Shown: in pieces, positions 37,101-50,200 of the stretch
How positions within the stretch are numbered: position 1 is the first letter of the stretch
Layout: each line of letters begins with the position of its first letter
Assembly: GCA_958009085.1 (NCBI GenBank)
Contig: OY253683.1
Coordinates: forward strand, 62,001 to 126,000
Origin: Protoeuglena noctilucae
Lineage: Eukaryota
Reading direction: 5' to 3'
Length of the DNA: 64,000 bases
The notes under the pieces: model-generated
What the model was told of the DNA's origin: nothing
What the model saw: only the letters and a program-made list of their open reading frames with translations
The model's database searches: none
Position numbers and translations under genes: made by a program

Positions 37101-38818
37101 CGCGCGCCGCTCCAACCTTCGCCACCGCCCCATCGGCATCGGCGTGCAGGTGAGAGGAGGGGTGCTTGTGCTTGCTGCATGCAGTGGCGCTCGCCATGCA
37201 CCCAAGGCGGCGTTTGGTGCATGGACAGGTCCCGCCTGCTTGGAGTAGTTGCCTCGACTCGTCCACTTGCCCCTCGCTGCTCCGTTGTTGTAGCACCGGC
37301 GCCTGTGACTGGCGGCAGCAAGGCGCTGACATCGCCGCTCACCCGCTTGCCTCGCCTCGCCACCCCCGCAGGGCCTGGCCGACACCTTCATCCTCCTGGG
37401 CATGCCCTTCGACTCCGAGGAGGCCCGGCAGCTCAACCGCGACATCTTCGAGGCCATTTACTACGGCGCACTCCGCGCGTCGTGCGCCTTGGCCGCAGCT
37501 GAGGGTCCCTACGAGACTTACGAGGGGTGCCCGGTGTCCAAGGGCCAGCTGCAGTTCGACATGTGGGGCGTGGAGCCCAGCTCCCGCTTCGACTGGCCCT
37601 CGCTTCGCCAGGACATCAGTCAGCACGGCGTGCGCAACTCGCTCCTCCTCGCCCCGATGCCCACGGCCTCGACCTCCCAGATCCTCGGCAACAACGAGTG
37701 CTTCGAGCCCTTCACCTCCAACATCTACGTGCGGCGCGTCCTGTCCGGGGAGTTCACCGTCGTCAACCAACACCTGCTGAGCGGTGAGCGGAGTGGCTGC
37801 GATGTCATGGTGTCTTGGTCCAGGCTAAGCCTTGCCTCCGACCTCCTCGGCTGCGCCATCGAGAGCCAGCTGCTGCTGGCATCGCTGCCCGTCCTGGCGC
37901 GGCGCTTGGGCGCTCAACATTGCGAGCGTTGATGTTGACAAAACGTCGACAGCCGCTCTGCCCCATCGTGCCCCCCTGCAGACTTGACCCGCATGGACCT
38001 GTGGAATGCGGACCTGAAGAACGAGATGGTGGCGGCCAACGGGTCGGTGGCGGCGCTGGACATCCCCGACAACCTCAAGGACATTTACAAGACAGTTTGG
38101 GAGATCAAGCAGAAGGCGAGGGATGATGCGATGGGTGATGCTGGTGTTGATGACGATGCGGTGTCGATTCCATCCCAACTGTGCATCGGTGCTGCGCTGT
38201 GCCAATGCGTCTCTTCATGTCACCCTCCTTGCGTGCTGCGACGGTACCTGTCGTGTTGCACATTGCGTCACCCCTGTCGTACAGTGACACCACAACGCTC
38301 TTGTGCACCTCCCCTGCAGGTGCTGGTGGACATGGCGGCGGACCGCGGTGCCTACATCGACCAGTCCCAGTCCTTCAACGTGCACATGAGCGACCCCAAC
38401 TTCGGCAAGCTCACCTCGCTCCACTTCCACGCCTGGCGCAAGGGCCTCAAGACGGGCATGTACTACCTCCGCACGCGCGCGGCCGCGGACGCCATCAAGT
38501 TCACCGTCGACCAGCAGGCGCTCAAGGCCAAGCAGGTGAGGCACACACAGCGCTCGGGTGGCAGGGCACTTGACACGCTCAGTCAGAAAACACTGCTGCT
38601 CACACTCAGCGTCTCTCTCGCGGCGCCTGTTGCGTCTCATCCCAATCGTTCCCTTCCCTTCCTCCTCTTCGCAGGCCAACCGCACGCCCACTGCCACGAG
38701 GTCTGCGGAGAAGAAGCCAGCCGCGGCCGCTGCCCCCGCGCTCGACCGTGAGGCCGAGTTAGCCAAGATGGTGTGCTCTCTGGAGAACAAGGATGCCTGC
38801 CTCATGTGCGGGTCTTAA
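34173..38818 (+). CDS. RNR1: Ribonucleoside-diphosphate reductase large subunit (class Ia)
   Basis: ATP cone [95 protein letters not shown]-terminal [14 protein letters not shown]. Plant-type insert [15 protein letters not shown]. One GC donor (38116). Confidence 0.98.
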
Positions 38819-39174
38819 GGCACGATGACCACCCGGGGCGCCCTGTGGTGCGTTGATGGGACCCTTGGTGTTACTATTGACGCTGGGGTTGCACAGCAAC
38901 ACAGCACAGTTGCAACACAGTGCTGCTCAGGCCGCCTCGTATGGCTTGTTGTCGCTCCCTCGATCCGGGCTCGCTTAAGCTGCACTTCTAGGCCCTATTG
39001 TGACGATCTAGGTAAGAATGAGTGCACGTAGCCACAGCCGGCTTACGTGTGCTAGCACCGCCAGCGCGGGCTTCAACCATCAGCTAGCAAAGAAAGGGTG
39101 CGTGTAGTGAAGCAGAGAGAAGCAAGGAGAGCAAAGGGACGCAAATGGCGCTCTCATCTCATCGTCATCTCATC

Positions 39175-40798
39175 TCACTCCGCGTCGTGCATGTATGAAT
39201 CGAACAGCAACAGGACGCGCTCGTTGAAGATGTGGCGCTGCTGACGCGCGACCCTCTCCTCCTCCCTCTCCCTCTCCTCCCTCTCGCTCTCGCTGTCGCC
39301 ATCGCTATTGCTGCCCATGACCTCCACGTCCCCCAACACCACATCCACATCCCATCGCTTCTGCTCCTCCTGACACAGCCTCTCCTTCGCCTCCCTCTCT
39401 TTCAAATGCTCCCTCTCCCACTCCTCCCTGTCCTCCCTCTCCCATCGCTCCCACTCCTCCATATCCACTCTCTCTTCCCCATCGCTCTCGCCCTCGCTGC
39501 GCACCACCTCCACCTCCCCAGCCACCCCAGCCGCCTCCCCTCCCCGCTCCCAGGGGCGCGCCCCCTTAACATCCACCTCCGCCCCTTCCCTCTGCGCACG
39601 AGCGTGACCCGGGCGCATATCCCCATACAACCCATGCCCCCTTGTCGCCTCGTCCAGCATCGCCGACGCAGACGTTGCCCCAAACGCGCCCCCGCCCTCG
39701 ACACCACCCATCCCGGCCACCGTAGACCCCACGCCCTCGTCGAACAGAGGGTCCCCGATGTCACCCTCGGGCATCTCGTCCGTCTCCGAAAGCGGCCTCT
39801 GATAACTGTCGCTGTCGCCGGCAAACACAACGGGGTCCTCGTGCACCACCCCGGCCCCGTGCCGCTGCACCGAGCGCTCGAGGGAAGGAGCCCTGCGCAC
39901 GAAGGGACAACGTTAATGTCAATGTCAAGAAGCACCGTTTGGATAGATGCAAGGTTAGAGCGGGATTCATGCGGCTGCAACAGGGTCAGGTGCCTGGCGC
40001 AAGGGACTGCGTGGGTCACTGGGGCTCACTGGCCGGAGGAGGAGCCACGCAGGTGCAGGGAGGGCGTCACGCGCCTCGAATCGTCGTAGATCCACCTCTT
40101 CAGTGGCTGGAAAGCGGCGCCAGAGAGGCCCATGCGACTGGCGGGACTGGCGAGCAGGCGAAGCGCGATCGTGATCACCACCACAAGCAAGGCCACGCCA
40201 TCCTCTGTTAATTGTCAAGCACAGATACTGATAAAACGCAGTCAGTCACCTTGGTGCCAACCGGCGCTCAGGCTCCGAATCCTCCACAGCAAATGCCTCC
40301 GTCACCACGCCCTCCCGGCACGGGCACGGGCCTGCGTGAACGACAGCCCATGCCTCCCCGACCTCGTCCCACTCAAGCACGACGGCCAACACGTCAGGTG
40401 CCTGCGCGGCAGAAAGAGGATGCGCGCAGTCGCACGATGCAGCAAAGGGACACGTGGGCTGTGCGTATTGCAAGCCTGGCCCCTCGCCTCGTCCGCAGCG
40501 TCGGGCATCTTCACGCGGAGAAACGCGAGATCTTCACTGTCTGCACGGCAGGAGACGAGGCCGTGGTCTTATCGTGTCGCACCGAGCATGTGCTTGGGTG
40601 CGGGGCAAGCGCTCGGCTAGTGCACCGCGTACCCGCAAGCCTGACGTCCTCCAGCAGCTCGCTCGCATCGAAGGTCTCGCGACAGAGGAAACCCCGGACA
40701 GCCTCCTCTATGAGAGGGAGGACGGGCGAAGCAACGCCAGGCCGCTTTCCACGCGCTGGCAGAGGGCCCCGGGGCAGGGGACATGGCCCAGCCTGCAT
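39175..40798 (-). CDS. Hypothetical acidic, E/R-rich multi-exon protein
   Basis: Terminal exon ORF 39175-39893 (EEWERWEREDREEWEREH...). Candidate upstream exons ~40798-40633, ~40401-40250 and ~40147-40029 are bounded by GT/AG. No family recognised. Confidence 0.45.
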
Positions 40799-41228
40799 GC
40801 CCGCGAAAGAGGGGAACGAGGTGAGTGATTGACGACGATGCGATGCCGACTTAGGGCTGGGAAGGCGTCCAAAGCGCCAGCAAGGAAGTCGTTAGCCCCT
40901 GCACTCGCGCTTGCGACAACCGCCGGGGCGACGAGGGAGCAAACACGCACCCTCGCATTGAAATTCACGCGGCGATAATAGCCCGAGCGGCCCACGCTGG
41001 TCGTGGCCGAAGAGCAGGCGAACAAACGCATCGGGGCTCGCAATCGCTTGGTGAGCGTCGCCATTGAGAAAATGGCAATCCATTCAGTCGAAACCTGGAT
41101 TCGAGCCCGTTCCGACGTGGCTGCGGTGTACTGGCGTCAGTTTTCTCCGTTTCAACTAAGTGGGGCGCTGCTTCGCGTGAGGTGGGGGCTAAGTCGAACT
41201 GGGAAAAAGGCTCTCGCTAGGAAATCGA

Positions 41229-44200
41229 TCATGGGGCACGAAGGTAGAAGCACCAGGGGGAGCTGGACTCGGCGCACATGACGGTGAGCATGCCGGTGGT
41301 GCCTGCGTCCGCCACGGGCTTATACTGGACCGAGAAGTTGACGGTGGTTTTGGCCTTGATGACCTCGGTGGCCTTGACCACGAAGGCCGGGTTGTCGACA
41401 ACCAGGTGGTACTCCATCTCGCGATCGAACACGTTGCGGAAGGGGACCGCCCCGCCGCCCGGCCGGACCTCGATGGGCCCGCGCGGCTTGGGCGGGATGC
41501 AGCGACCGAGCAGCGGGCACTTGTACGTGCCCCCGCGGTCGCTCGACACCACCACCGTGTCGCGGAAGTTCTCCCCGATCGCCTTCGGCTCGAACTGAAC
41601 CTCCACGGTGAACTCGGAGCCGTCCTTGCCCGTCGCGGCGGGGACCTTGACGACTCCCGCCGGCGCCGAGAAGCCTGCGGGCAGGGACGCATCCGGGGTG
41701 GTCGGCGGTGGCAGGGACGACATCGGTGCACATGCTCGCATGATTTAAAACGCATCGCCTCGCCACTGCCACTCACCAGCCTTGCCGTCGTTGGCGAACG
41801 ACACGGCGTAGTCGCAGGGCCCCGGCAGGAAGTGCCGGAGGGTGATGCGGCGCACTTCGTGGGAACCGAGGGGGACGCTGAAGTCGACCGAGCTCTCGGG
41901 CCCCGTGGGGAGGCCGCGGAGGTGCAGCTGGAACTCGAAGCGACCCAGGGCGGCGTTGGACACCGTGAGGGTGGCGTGGGACTCTGCCTCGAGAAGGGGG
42001 CGGTAGGAGGCTGTGGAGGGAGGGGCATGCGAGGGGGGGATCAGGCGGGGCGACAATGGGTGCGGCGGGTGTGGTGGCGAGCAGCGAGCAGCCACAAGTG
42101 CCAATGGTTGCGGTGTGTTGAGCAGGCCATGCCCGCGCACTCATGGCCCACCGCATGCGACCCGAACAGCTACCCCCGCCACAGCGCTGTCTAGTCCATC
42201 TCGCGTCTCACCGACGACCTCCCCCGTGGCCTTGCCCGGGACGACGACGCTGGTGGGGACCTCGACGGCGGGATCCGAGCACTTGACGTCGAGCGTGACG
42301 GGGTCGTCGAGGGGGTTGGCCACGTGCACAGACCCTCGCGCCTTCTGCCGCACCGGGCACTCCAGCACCACCGACCCCTGGGGTGCCGGGGCCGTGGTCT
42401 TGAACACGAGGTCGTAGTAGAGGTACTCGCGCGTCTGCTGGTTCGTGAAGGTGACCTTGCCGGTCAGGGAGCCCTCGAGCGGGTTGCTCAGCGTCAGGCG
42501 CAGGTCGCGTGTCGCCAGCCCTGCGATGCAAGAGAGGGATGCAGGGTCAGAGAAGCAGATCTAAACAAACAAACGAAGCCAATCAATAGAAATCATCGCA
42601 TGTCAATGTCAAGAACCGATGTCATCGGTGTGACGCACCGGGCACGTCGATGTAGTCGGCTGTCTCGCACACACACGCCTTGGGGCGGTTGGGCAGGTCC
42701 ACCGACACGGCGAACCGCTGCATGTGCTTGTCCCAGTTGGCCACCTTGACCACCTCCTGGTGCATCGTCTTGGCGGGGACCTGCGGGAGCGGGAGGAGGG
42801 GGTGAGTTATAAGGGGGGAGGCGGGGTCAAGGTGCGATCGATAAGTCATCGCATGCAACGTCACCCCATGCACAGGCATAGCTCCCCATCAGCGCCGACT
42901 GCCTCACCTCGACGGTGATCTTGCCGGCGGCCTTGGGCGCCGTGGCGACCCCGGTGAGCTGGTACAGCAGACCCTGTCCGTTCGGCAGAGGGAAGAAGAC
43001 CGACCCCAGGTGCGGGTTGGCGGCGTCCGCCATGCGCATGGGCTGGTATCGCACCGCGTACGGCGTCTGCTTGCCGGCGGGGACCGTGAGGAACTCCGCC
43101 CCCGACCACGCCTCGTTGTTCACCACCGGGCGCAGGACCCAGTCCGATGCCGATGGGTTCTTGACCGTGATGGCCTTCTCCTGGGTCTCCCGCACGGGCG
43201 TGCTGAAGGACAGCTTGTCCGGCTGCGCCTCCTGCGCCACGCAGGCGCCCGTGAGGGTCAGGAACTGGTCCTCGCACCCCTCCACCGCCAACCGCACCCG
43301 CTCCACGCGGACGTCCGGGTTGGTCTCCCGCGGCTCGAACTTCACGTCCAGCTTGATGTCCTGGCCCGCGGCGATGAAGCCCGTCGTGGGCGCGATCGAG
43401 AAGTGCCGGCCGAGCGCGGGCACGTCCCACGTAAACTTGGTCCCAACGTCGCCCGTGTTCTCCAGCTGCAGGCGCTTGGTGACGGAGCTGCCCAGCACTA
43501 CGGCGCCGAAGGGGAGCGAGTCCGAGGCGAGCTTGACCTCCGTTCCCAGGCACGCGCCCTGCAGCTGGAAGAGCGTCATGGGGCGGCCGGCAGCCGTGAC
43601 CGCCACCTCTTGCGAGAAGGGCCGCAGCCGCGCGGGGGGGCGGAAGAGGAAGGTGAGGTCCAGGGACTCGCGGGGGCCGACGAGGACCGTCCCGGCCGGC
43701 AGCAGCCCGATGCCCAGCTTGGCCAGCTGCTGTGCGGCGGCGGTCAGGTCGACATCAACCGCCACGGGCGCGGCGTTCTTGACCTTGACGGTGCGGGACA
43801 CCTGCTGCCCCACGCGCGCGGACCCGAGGTTGACGGTGTGCGACCCGTCCGCCAGCGCCAGCCTCATGGGCGTGCCCGCGCCCATCACGAGCACCGACAC
43901 CGAGGTAAGGCCGTTGAGTTCGAACGGCACCGTCTCCCGGACGGGCCCCTCGGCGCGCGGGCTGAAGGTGATCTCGATGTCCTGGACCTGCCCCGGCTGC
44001 AGCACGGTGGGCGCGCACTCGACCTGCAGGTGCGGGGTGTTCTCGAACAAACAGTCCATCGTTATCTCCCTCGTGTCGTTGTTGGAGGCCCTGAGCACGG
44101 CCTTGGCGGGCCGCACGCCGCCCTCGACGATGAGCTGCTGCCCGAAGTCGTAGTTGTAGAAGGAGAGGTCCAGGCGGGGCTTGTGGCCGGTGGCGAACAG

Positions 44201-47200
44201 GCGCATGCGGTAGCGGCGGCCGTTGACGATCTGGCACGTGACGAGGTACTCGGAGAGGGTCTCGGGGCGGCGGGGGCTGTAGGCCAGGTCCACGAGGACG
44301 CGGTCGCCGGGGCCCACACGGCCGGAGAGGGGCGAGAGGGAGACGTTGGGGTTGTCGCCTGGGGGGGCGGGGAGGGGAGGGGTGAGAGAGGGGTGAGAGA
44401 GAGGAGTGGCAGGTGAGAGAGGTGGCCTTTGGAAGGACAGAGGTGCACGAGAGATAGGGTGCAGTAGGTAGGGTCATGTGCAATGCGATGTGAGTGATGA
44501 ACCTGGGAGGGCTGGTGCTGTGGTTGCGGCAAGCACATGCAGCGCACAACCATGCCTGCGCATGTATATACCCTCACCGGCATCGAAGACGAACTCGTAG
44601 GGCACCGACCCGGAGTTGACGAGGGACAGCTGCTTGACGGCGCGCTCGTTGATGATGACCTGGCCGAAGTCCACCTGGTTGTCCCCCGCGTCCGTCAACG
44701 CCTGGGGCCGCCCGTCCGCGGTGTCGATGGACAGCGAGTCCCGCAGCAGGAACCCCTCGCCCTTGACGTTCAGCGTCAGGCGCGTGGGCTTGCGGCGGAC
44801 GTTGCACACCACGTTGTAGTTGAACAGGCCCTCGCGGGTCGGCTCGAAGGACACCGTGATGGGCAGGGAGGACTTGGGCGGGACGGACCCGGAGGCGGGT
44901 GAGAAGTCGCAGGTGGGGCGCTGCCCGGTGGCCGCGATGCGCGCCTTGGTCGCCTCGTACGACGCCTTGTCGAAGGAGAACTCGAACGGGATGCCCTCCT
45001 CGTTGACCAGGTGCACCGTCTCGCGCACCTTGCCGCCCACCTGCACCAGCTGGAAGTTGACGGCCGACCGGTCGAGCAGCACCTGCGGCTCCTTGACGTG
45101 GCCGACGATGAGGAAGGGCACCTCGATGCCCTGCTGGGCGATGCGGAAGGCCCAGTGGGACTCCTGCAGCTCGTTGGCCTCGGGGACGTACGAGAAGATC
45201 ATCTCGTACCGCTTGCCGCCCGTGATGACCCCCCGGCGCGTCTGGCACACGAAGGGGCCGTCGGCCGACGCGCTCGTGCCCACGGGCTCCCAGGAGAACT
45301 CGTAGGTGACGTTCGTGGGGTTCAGGACGTAGAAGCGGCGCGTGTTGCGCACGCGCAGGCCCAGGGACTCCATCTCGAGCACCTTGGTCGCAGGGTCGAG
45401 CGGGCCCAGGTTGCCGCGTGCGTCGGGCATCTCCGGGTTGCGGCGGCCCCCGGACACGTAGTCGGACTCCGGCAGCTCGAAGTGGCACCAGGGGCGGAGC
45501 ACGGTGCCGCGCAGGCGGCGCACGAGGGGCTCGGCGGACTCGGGCAGGTGCGGGACCATGCACACGAGCACACGCTCGTAGAACTCCACCTCTCTTGGGG
45601 AGAAGCGCACCGTGATGAGCGCCTCCTCCCCGGCGTCGATGGACCCGCGCTCCGGCGACACCCGGAAGGGCCCCGAGGGGTCCGCCTCGCCCGAGGGCGT
45701 CTCGAGTTTGAATGTGAAGTCCATGCGGGCGTCGGACACGTTGCGGAGCGGGAAGGAGAAGGAGCGCGTCTGGAACATCATCGTCGGGCGGAAGTCGATG
45801 TCCTCGCGGCCCGCCTCGAAGCGGGGGTTGTCCAGCACCCCAAACACGCGGAGGGCGGTGGACCGACTGTCGCCCGCGGCCTTGACACCCGGGGGGTCGC
45901 CGGCCCGGTCCAGGGCGGATCCCGCGCCGCTCTTGTCGCTCGCGTGCGACGCGCCCTTCCCGACGCCCTGGGTGGGCGTGGGCGAGCGGCCCTTGCCGGG
46001 GGCGGGCGTGGGCGCATTGGTGGGGCTCCCCGCCCGCCCCGGCGTCGCCTCCCCGGCCTCCGCCGCCACCTGCGCCGCCGCCGCCGCCTCGCGATCGTCC
46101 CAGTCGAACGGCTCGCCCTCGAACGCGACGGGCTCGTAGGCCACGGACACCTCATGGCCCGTGAGCTTGGCAGGGGCACGGGCGAACAGTGTGGCCTGGA
46201 TGGGCTTGGAGGTGCCGGGGAGCAGGACGCCGCGGGAGGGGACGAGGCGGAGGCAGTCGGGGAGGTTGCGGAAGGCGAAGCGGAGGGCCCTGGATCCCAG
46301 GTTGCGGACGTTGAAGAGCACCTCCTGCCGCGTGCCCAGGGGGCCGTCGGGGAAGTGCAGCTCGTCGGCGAGGTCCCGGGGCAGCGCCGTGAAGACGAGG
46401 TCCTCCTCGAAGCACTCGCCCTGCAGCATGAGCCGGAGCTGCTCGAAGGGGTTGTGCCGCACGCTGAGCGCCAGCTCGTGCATCGACGTGCCCGGCTCCC
46501 GCGGGTCGAAGGCCACCACGAAGCGCCGCGTCTCGCCGGGCGCGGCGGTGAAGAGCCCCGCGCCGGTCTCGAGACGGAACGCCGCGTGGGGCGTGGCCTC
46601 CAGCCGCGCGGTGGTGGGGATGCTCCCGTCGTTGCGCACGACGATCGGCAGCGTGGCGGAGCGGCCCTTGAGCATGCGCGGGAAGCGCAGGACGGGCCTG
46701 CCGGCCGCGTCGCGCTCCGCCGGCTGCACCAGCGATAGGTGGGGCAGCACGCCCTCCCCCCGGACCTCGAAGACCAGAGAGGCGGTCTTGGGGTCTCCCC
46801 CGTTCTCCACCTCGGCCCTGAACTCCCCAGAGTACTGCTGGATGGCCGTGGGCGCGAACCGCACCGTGACGTAACGGTACTCGTGGGGCGGGATGTTGAG
46901 GCGGGGCGGGTCGACGGACATGGGAAAGGGCGGGGGGTTCTTGTCGTTGGCCTCGGGTCCGCGGGATGCGATCTTGAGGTTGACGACGCAGGGGACCTTG
47001 ATGGGGTTGGAGATCTTGAAGGACGCCTTCTGCTCTGATGCCTCTCCCTCGCCGAGGGTGGCGATGACGGCGCCGAAATCGAACACGCGCTCTTGCATGG
47101 CGTACGCGCCCGGCATGGGGTGGAAGGGGTCGAGGCTGTTGACGACGCGGTGCTCCTCGAAGATGGCCGCGACGTCCTCGGCGTTGATCCCCGGGATGCA

Positions 47201-50200
47201 CGACTCCCCAGACACCTCGTAGGGGATGCCCTTGGGGTGGTCGGCCGGGTCGCGCTCGGAGATGTGCACGGCGATCTGCTCGGCGAACTGGCGGCGCCCG
47301 TCGGCCTTGAACACCACCTTGATCGCCTGGGTCTGCCCCGGCTGCACCACGGCCTGCGCCGGCTCAAAGACGAACTGGCCCACCGTGAGGTTGGGCGGCG
47401 GCGGGGGAGCCTTGGCGGCGTCTGCGGGCTTCTCCGGGGGCGCGGCGCCGGCCTTGAGGAGCGCGAGCGTGAAGGGGAAGTCGCCGTTGTTGCGGATGTT
47501 GATGGTGCGGGGCGCCGAGTCGGTCGAGTAGACGTTGGGGCCGAAGTTGAGGCCGCGGGCGGGCGTGATGGTGTACTTGGAGAAAACGGCGCGGAGGCTG
47601 ACGGGGACCGGGATGGTCGTCTCCGTGTTGTCGTTCAGTGGCTCGATGATGTGCAGCGACAGGTGGTTGTTCTCCACCAACGTCACCTGCGGATGACAGC
47701 ACACAGGGTGGGTGTCTCGAGACAGCAGTATGGGTGGTTGTGCATGGGTCCCTGCTGTGCACGCAGTCAGCCGTTCCAGCGTATCTACGGCTTGCTTGGC
47801 AGCGCCAGATCGCGACAGCAATCGCTGCAAGGGCCCCTACTACAAATGCGCATACACGTGCATCCACCATGGACTCGCCTCTGTCTTGAGGGTCTTGGTG
47901 GGGTTGAGCGTGACCTTGATCTCCGCCTTGCCGTTCGGATTAATCTTCCCCTTCTGTGGCTCCACGGCAATGAGGTCCTTGAGCACGTTGCCGCGCATGG
48001 CCACGCTGAAGGCCACCTCGTACTTGCCCGTGTTGGCCAGCACCAGGCTCCTCGTCTCCGTGTCATCAACACGGACGGTGCCGAAGTCGATCCCCGGCTT
48101 ATCTGCTGCCGGGTACTGCACGTCGGTGCTGATGGCGTAGGCCTCGCCCGCGATGACGATGGTCGCGTCCTGCGCGACGGGCATCACGCCCCGCTCGTCC
48201 TGCACCCGCAGCGACACGGACCCGGCCACCTGCCGGGGCGTCTTGGCCGCCAGCTCCACCCGCACCGTCGCGGCTTCCCTGGCTGGCAGCACGCCCTCGG
48301 TGGGGGACACGGACAGCTCCGGTGGCAGGTCCGCCACCTTGTCAAGCCACCACTTGACCGGGAGCAGCGAGTGGTTGTGCAGCTCGAACGTCCGCGTGTC
48401 GCGCTTGCCCAGCAGCAGCCGCTGGAACTTGATGCCCTCCTTGCCGTCCTTGCCCATGCCGCGTATCTCGACGTCGGGCTTGGTGCCCACTGCCCGCAGC
48501 GGCACCACCACAGGCTCCGGGTTCAGCGCCACCGAGCACACGAGCGCGTCCGCGATCTTCTCCACCTTGCCCGGGAACGCAAACACCTGCGGGGGCGCGG
48601 GCCAGCAGGCGTGGGACAGTGGTGGCATGGTCGGCAACTCCACAGCCGGCGTTGGTGTCCACTGCACTGTCGTCACACAGTCGGTGGCTATGCGAACCAA
48701 TAACAATGACAGTAACATGATTTGAATCCATTACTCGCCTGCAGGTCCTGCGTCTCGTCGACCTTGAGCCCCATGGTCGCCGGCCGCACGATGAACTCGT
48801 TGGTCTCCGCCAGCCCCAGCTCTCCCTCCTTCTTGACGGTGCTCTTGAGCCAGAAGCTCGCCTTCAGATCGAAGAGGCCGTTGTTGGTGATGCGGAACTG
48901 CGCCGTGTGCTCCGGGTGCTTGCCGTCCAGGTAGCCCTCCTTGTTGCGGCCGGCCAGCAGCGGGCCAAAGTCAAACACCTGGGAAGGTGGGGCAGATGGT
49001 TGCGGCAGGTGAGTGGCGGTGGGGGAGCTGGTGCCGGGGAGAACGAACAGCAGCAAGCATTCGTGAAAGCAAGCGACTGGCATCGCAGTGCGACCGGGGA
49101 GGTGTGGCCATCGACACCCCTGCGTGCGTGTGTCGACCCACGCACCTCCTCAGAGATGACGAACTGCTTGGATATGGTGGGCGTGGAGGGCCTCCCGCGG
49201 ATCTTCCGATAGAACATGTTGCGGAAATCAGTCGAGATCTGAGGATAGGCGCACGTGCCGGCGCACGACAGGTCCAGCTGGTTGCCGCCGCGGGCCTCTA
49301 AGCCAAACCGCTCCATGAACGTGCCGATGTCCGCGCTCTTGAAGTGCACCTGCGGATGTTTATGCAAATTGCAACGTCGATGGCCCGCAGCGATTCGCTT
49401 ATATGCTCGCAGCTTTGCATGGCGTGCTGTGTTCAGGCCAAGTGTACGCACCTCGAGCTGCACGCGCTCGCCCGGCTGCAGGACCCATCGGGACTCGCGA
49501 GAAAGGGCGATCTTGGGGTCCGCGGCGGGGTCCGGGGTCTTCGTGGGCCTCCCCGCGGGTGCCTTGGCCTTGGCCGCCTCTGCCGCCAGACGCGCCACCT
49601 CCTCCGCCGACCTCTCGCGGACCGTGAAGACCTCGAAGTGCGTCGGAGACTGCGGGGAGAGTCGTTAGGGTGAGAAGGGAGTCATGACAGCATCAAGACA
49701 GCGCATTCAATGCACATGCAGTGCATCTAGTGTGTAACCAGCGGTGCCCTATGTACATAGAGCACGATCTCAAGCACAGAGCCCGCCTCCGCTGACCTGG
49801 CGCTTGGGCCGGGACCGAGGCTTCTTGACGATCTCCAACGTGAAGTCGGGCGGGATGAGGAGGCGGTCGCGGTCGACGCGGGGAAGGCGCGTGGTGAGCT
49901 TCCCCAGGTCAAACTCGATGCCCACCGCGCTGCGCAGGACCTCGTCCTCGCCAGCCGCGGCCGACACCGTCACCACCTCGACGGTCGCCGAGGGGCCCTT
50001 GCCGCCCGGCCCCATCCCTGCCGCCGCTCTCAGTGCGTCCGGCGTCCCCTCCTGCTCCCACTCCCGATACAGCGCCAGCAGCTCGTCCGTGAGCCCCGCC
50101 TCCGCCCCCGCGTCCGCCTTCTCCGCGGCCTTGTCGGCCTTGCCGCCCTTCCCGCCCTTCTCCACCTTAAGCGCCTTCTGCGTGCTCCCGCCTTTGAGCT

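Noticed and set aside
28258..38818. Endogenous giant virus origin for RNR1/RPA1
   Set aside because: Both genes are intron-rich with host-like GC. RNR1 has the plant-type insert and a eukaryotic C-terminal CxxC tail, and no viral hallmark genes are nearby.
39916..42616. Shared 15-mer tgtcaatgtcaagaa in two minus-strand introns (~39917 and ~42601), a possible Introner-type repeat
   Set aside because: Similarity does not extend beyond the short motif, which reads as a TTGAC branch-point-like word. The introns otherwise look unrelated.
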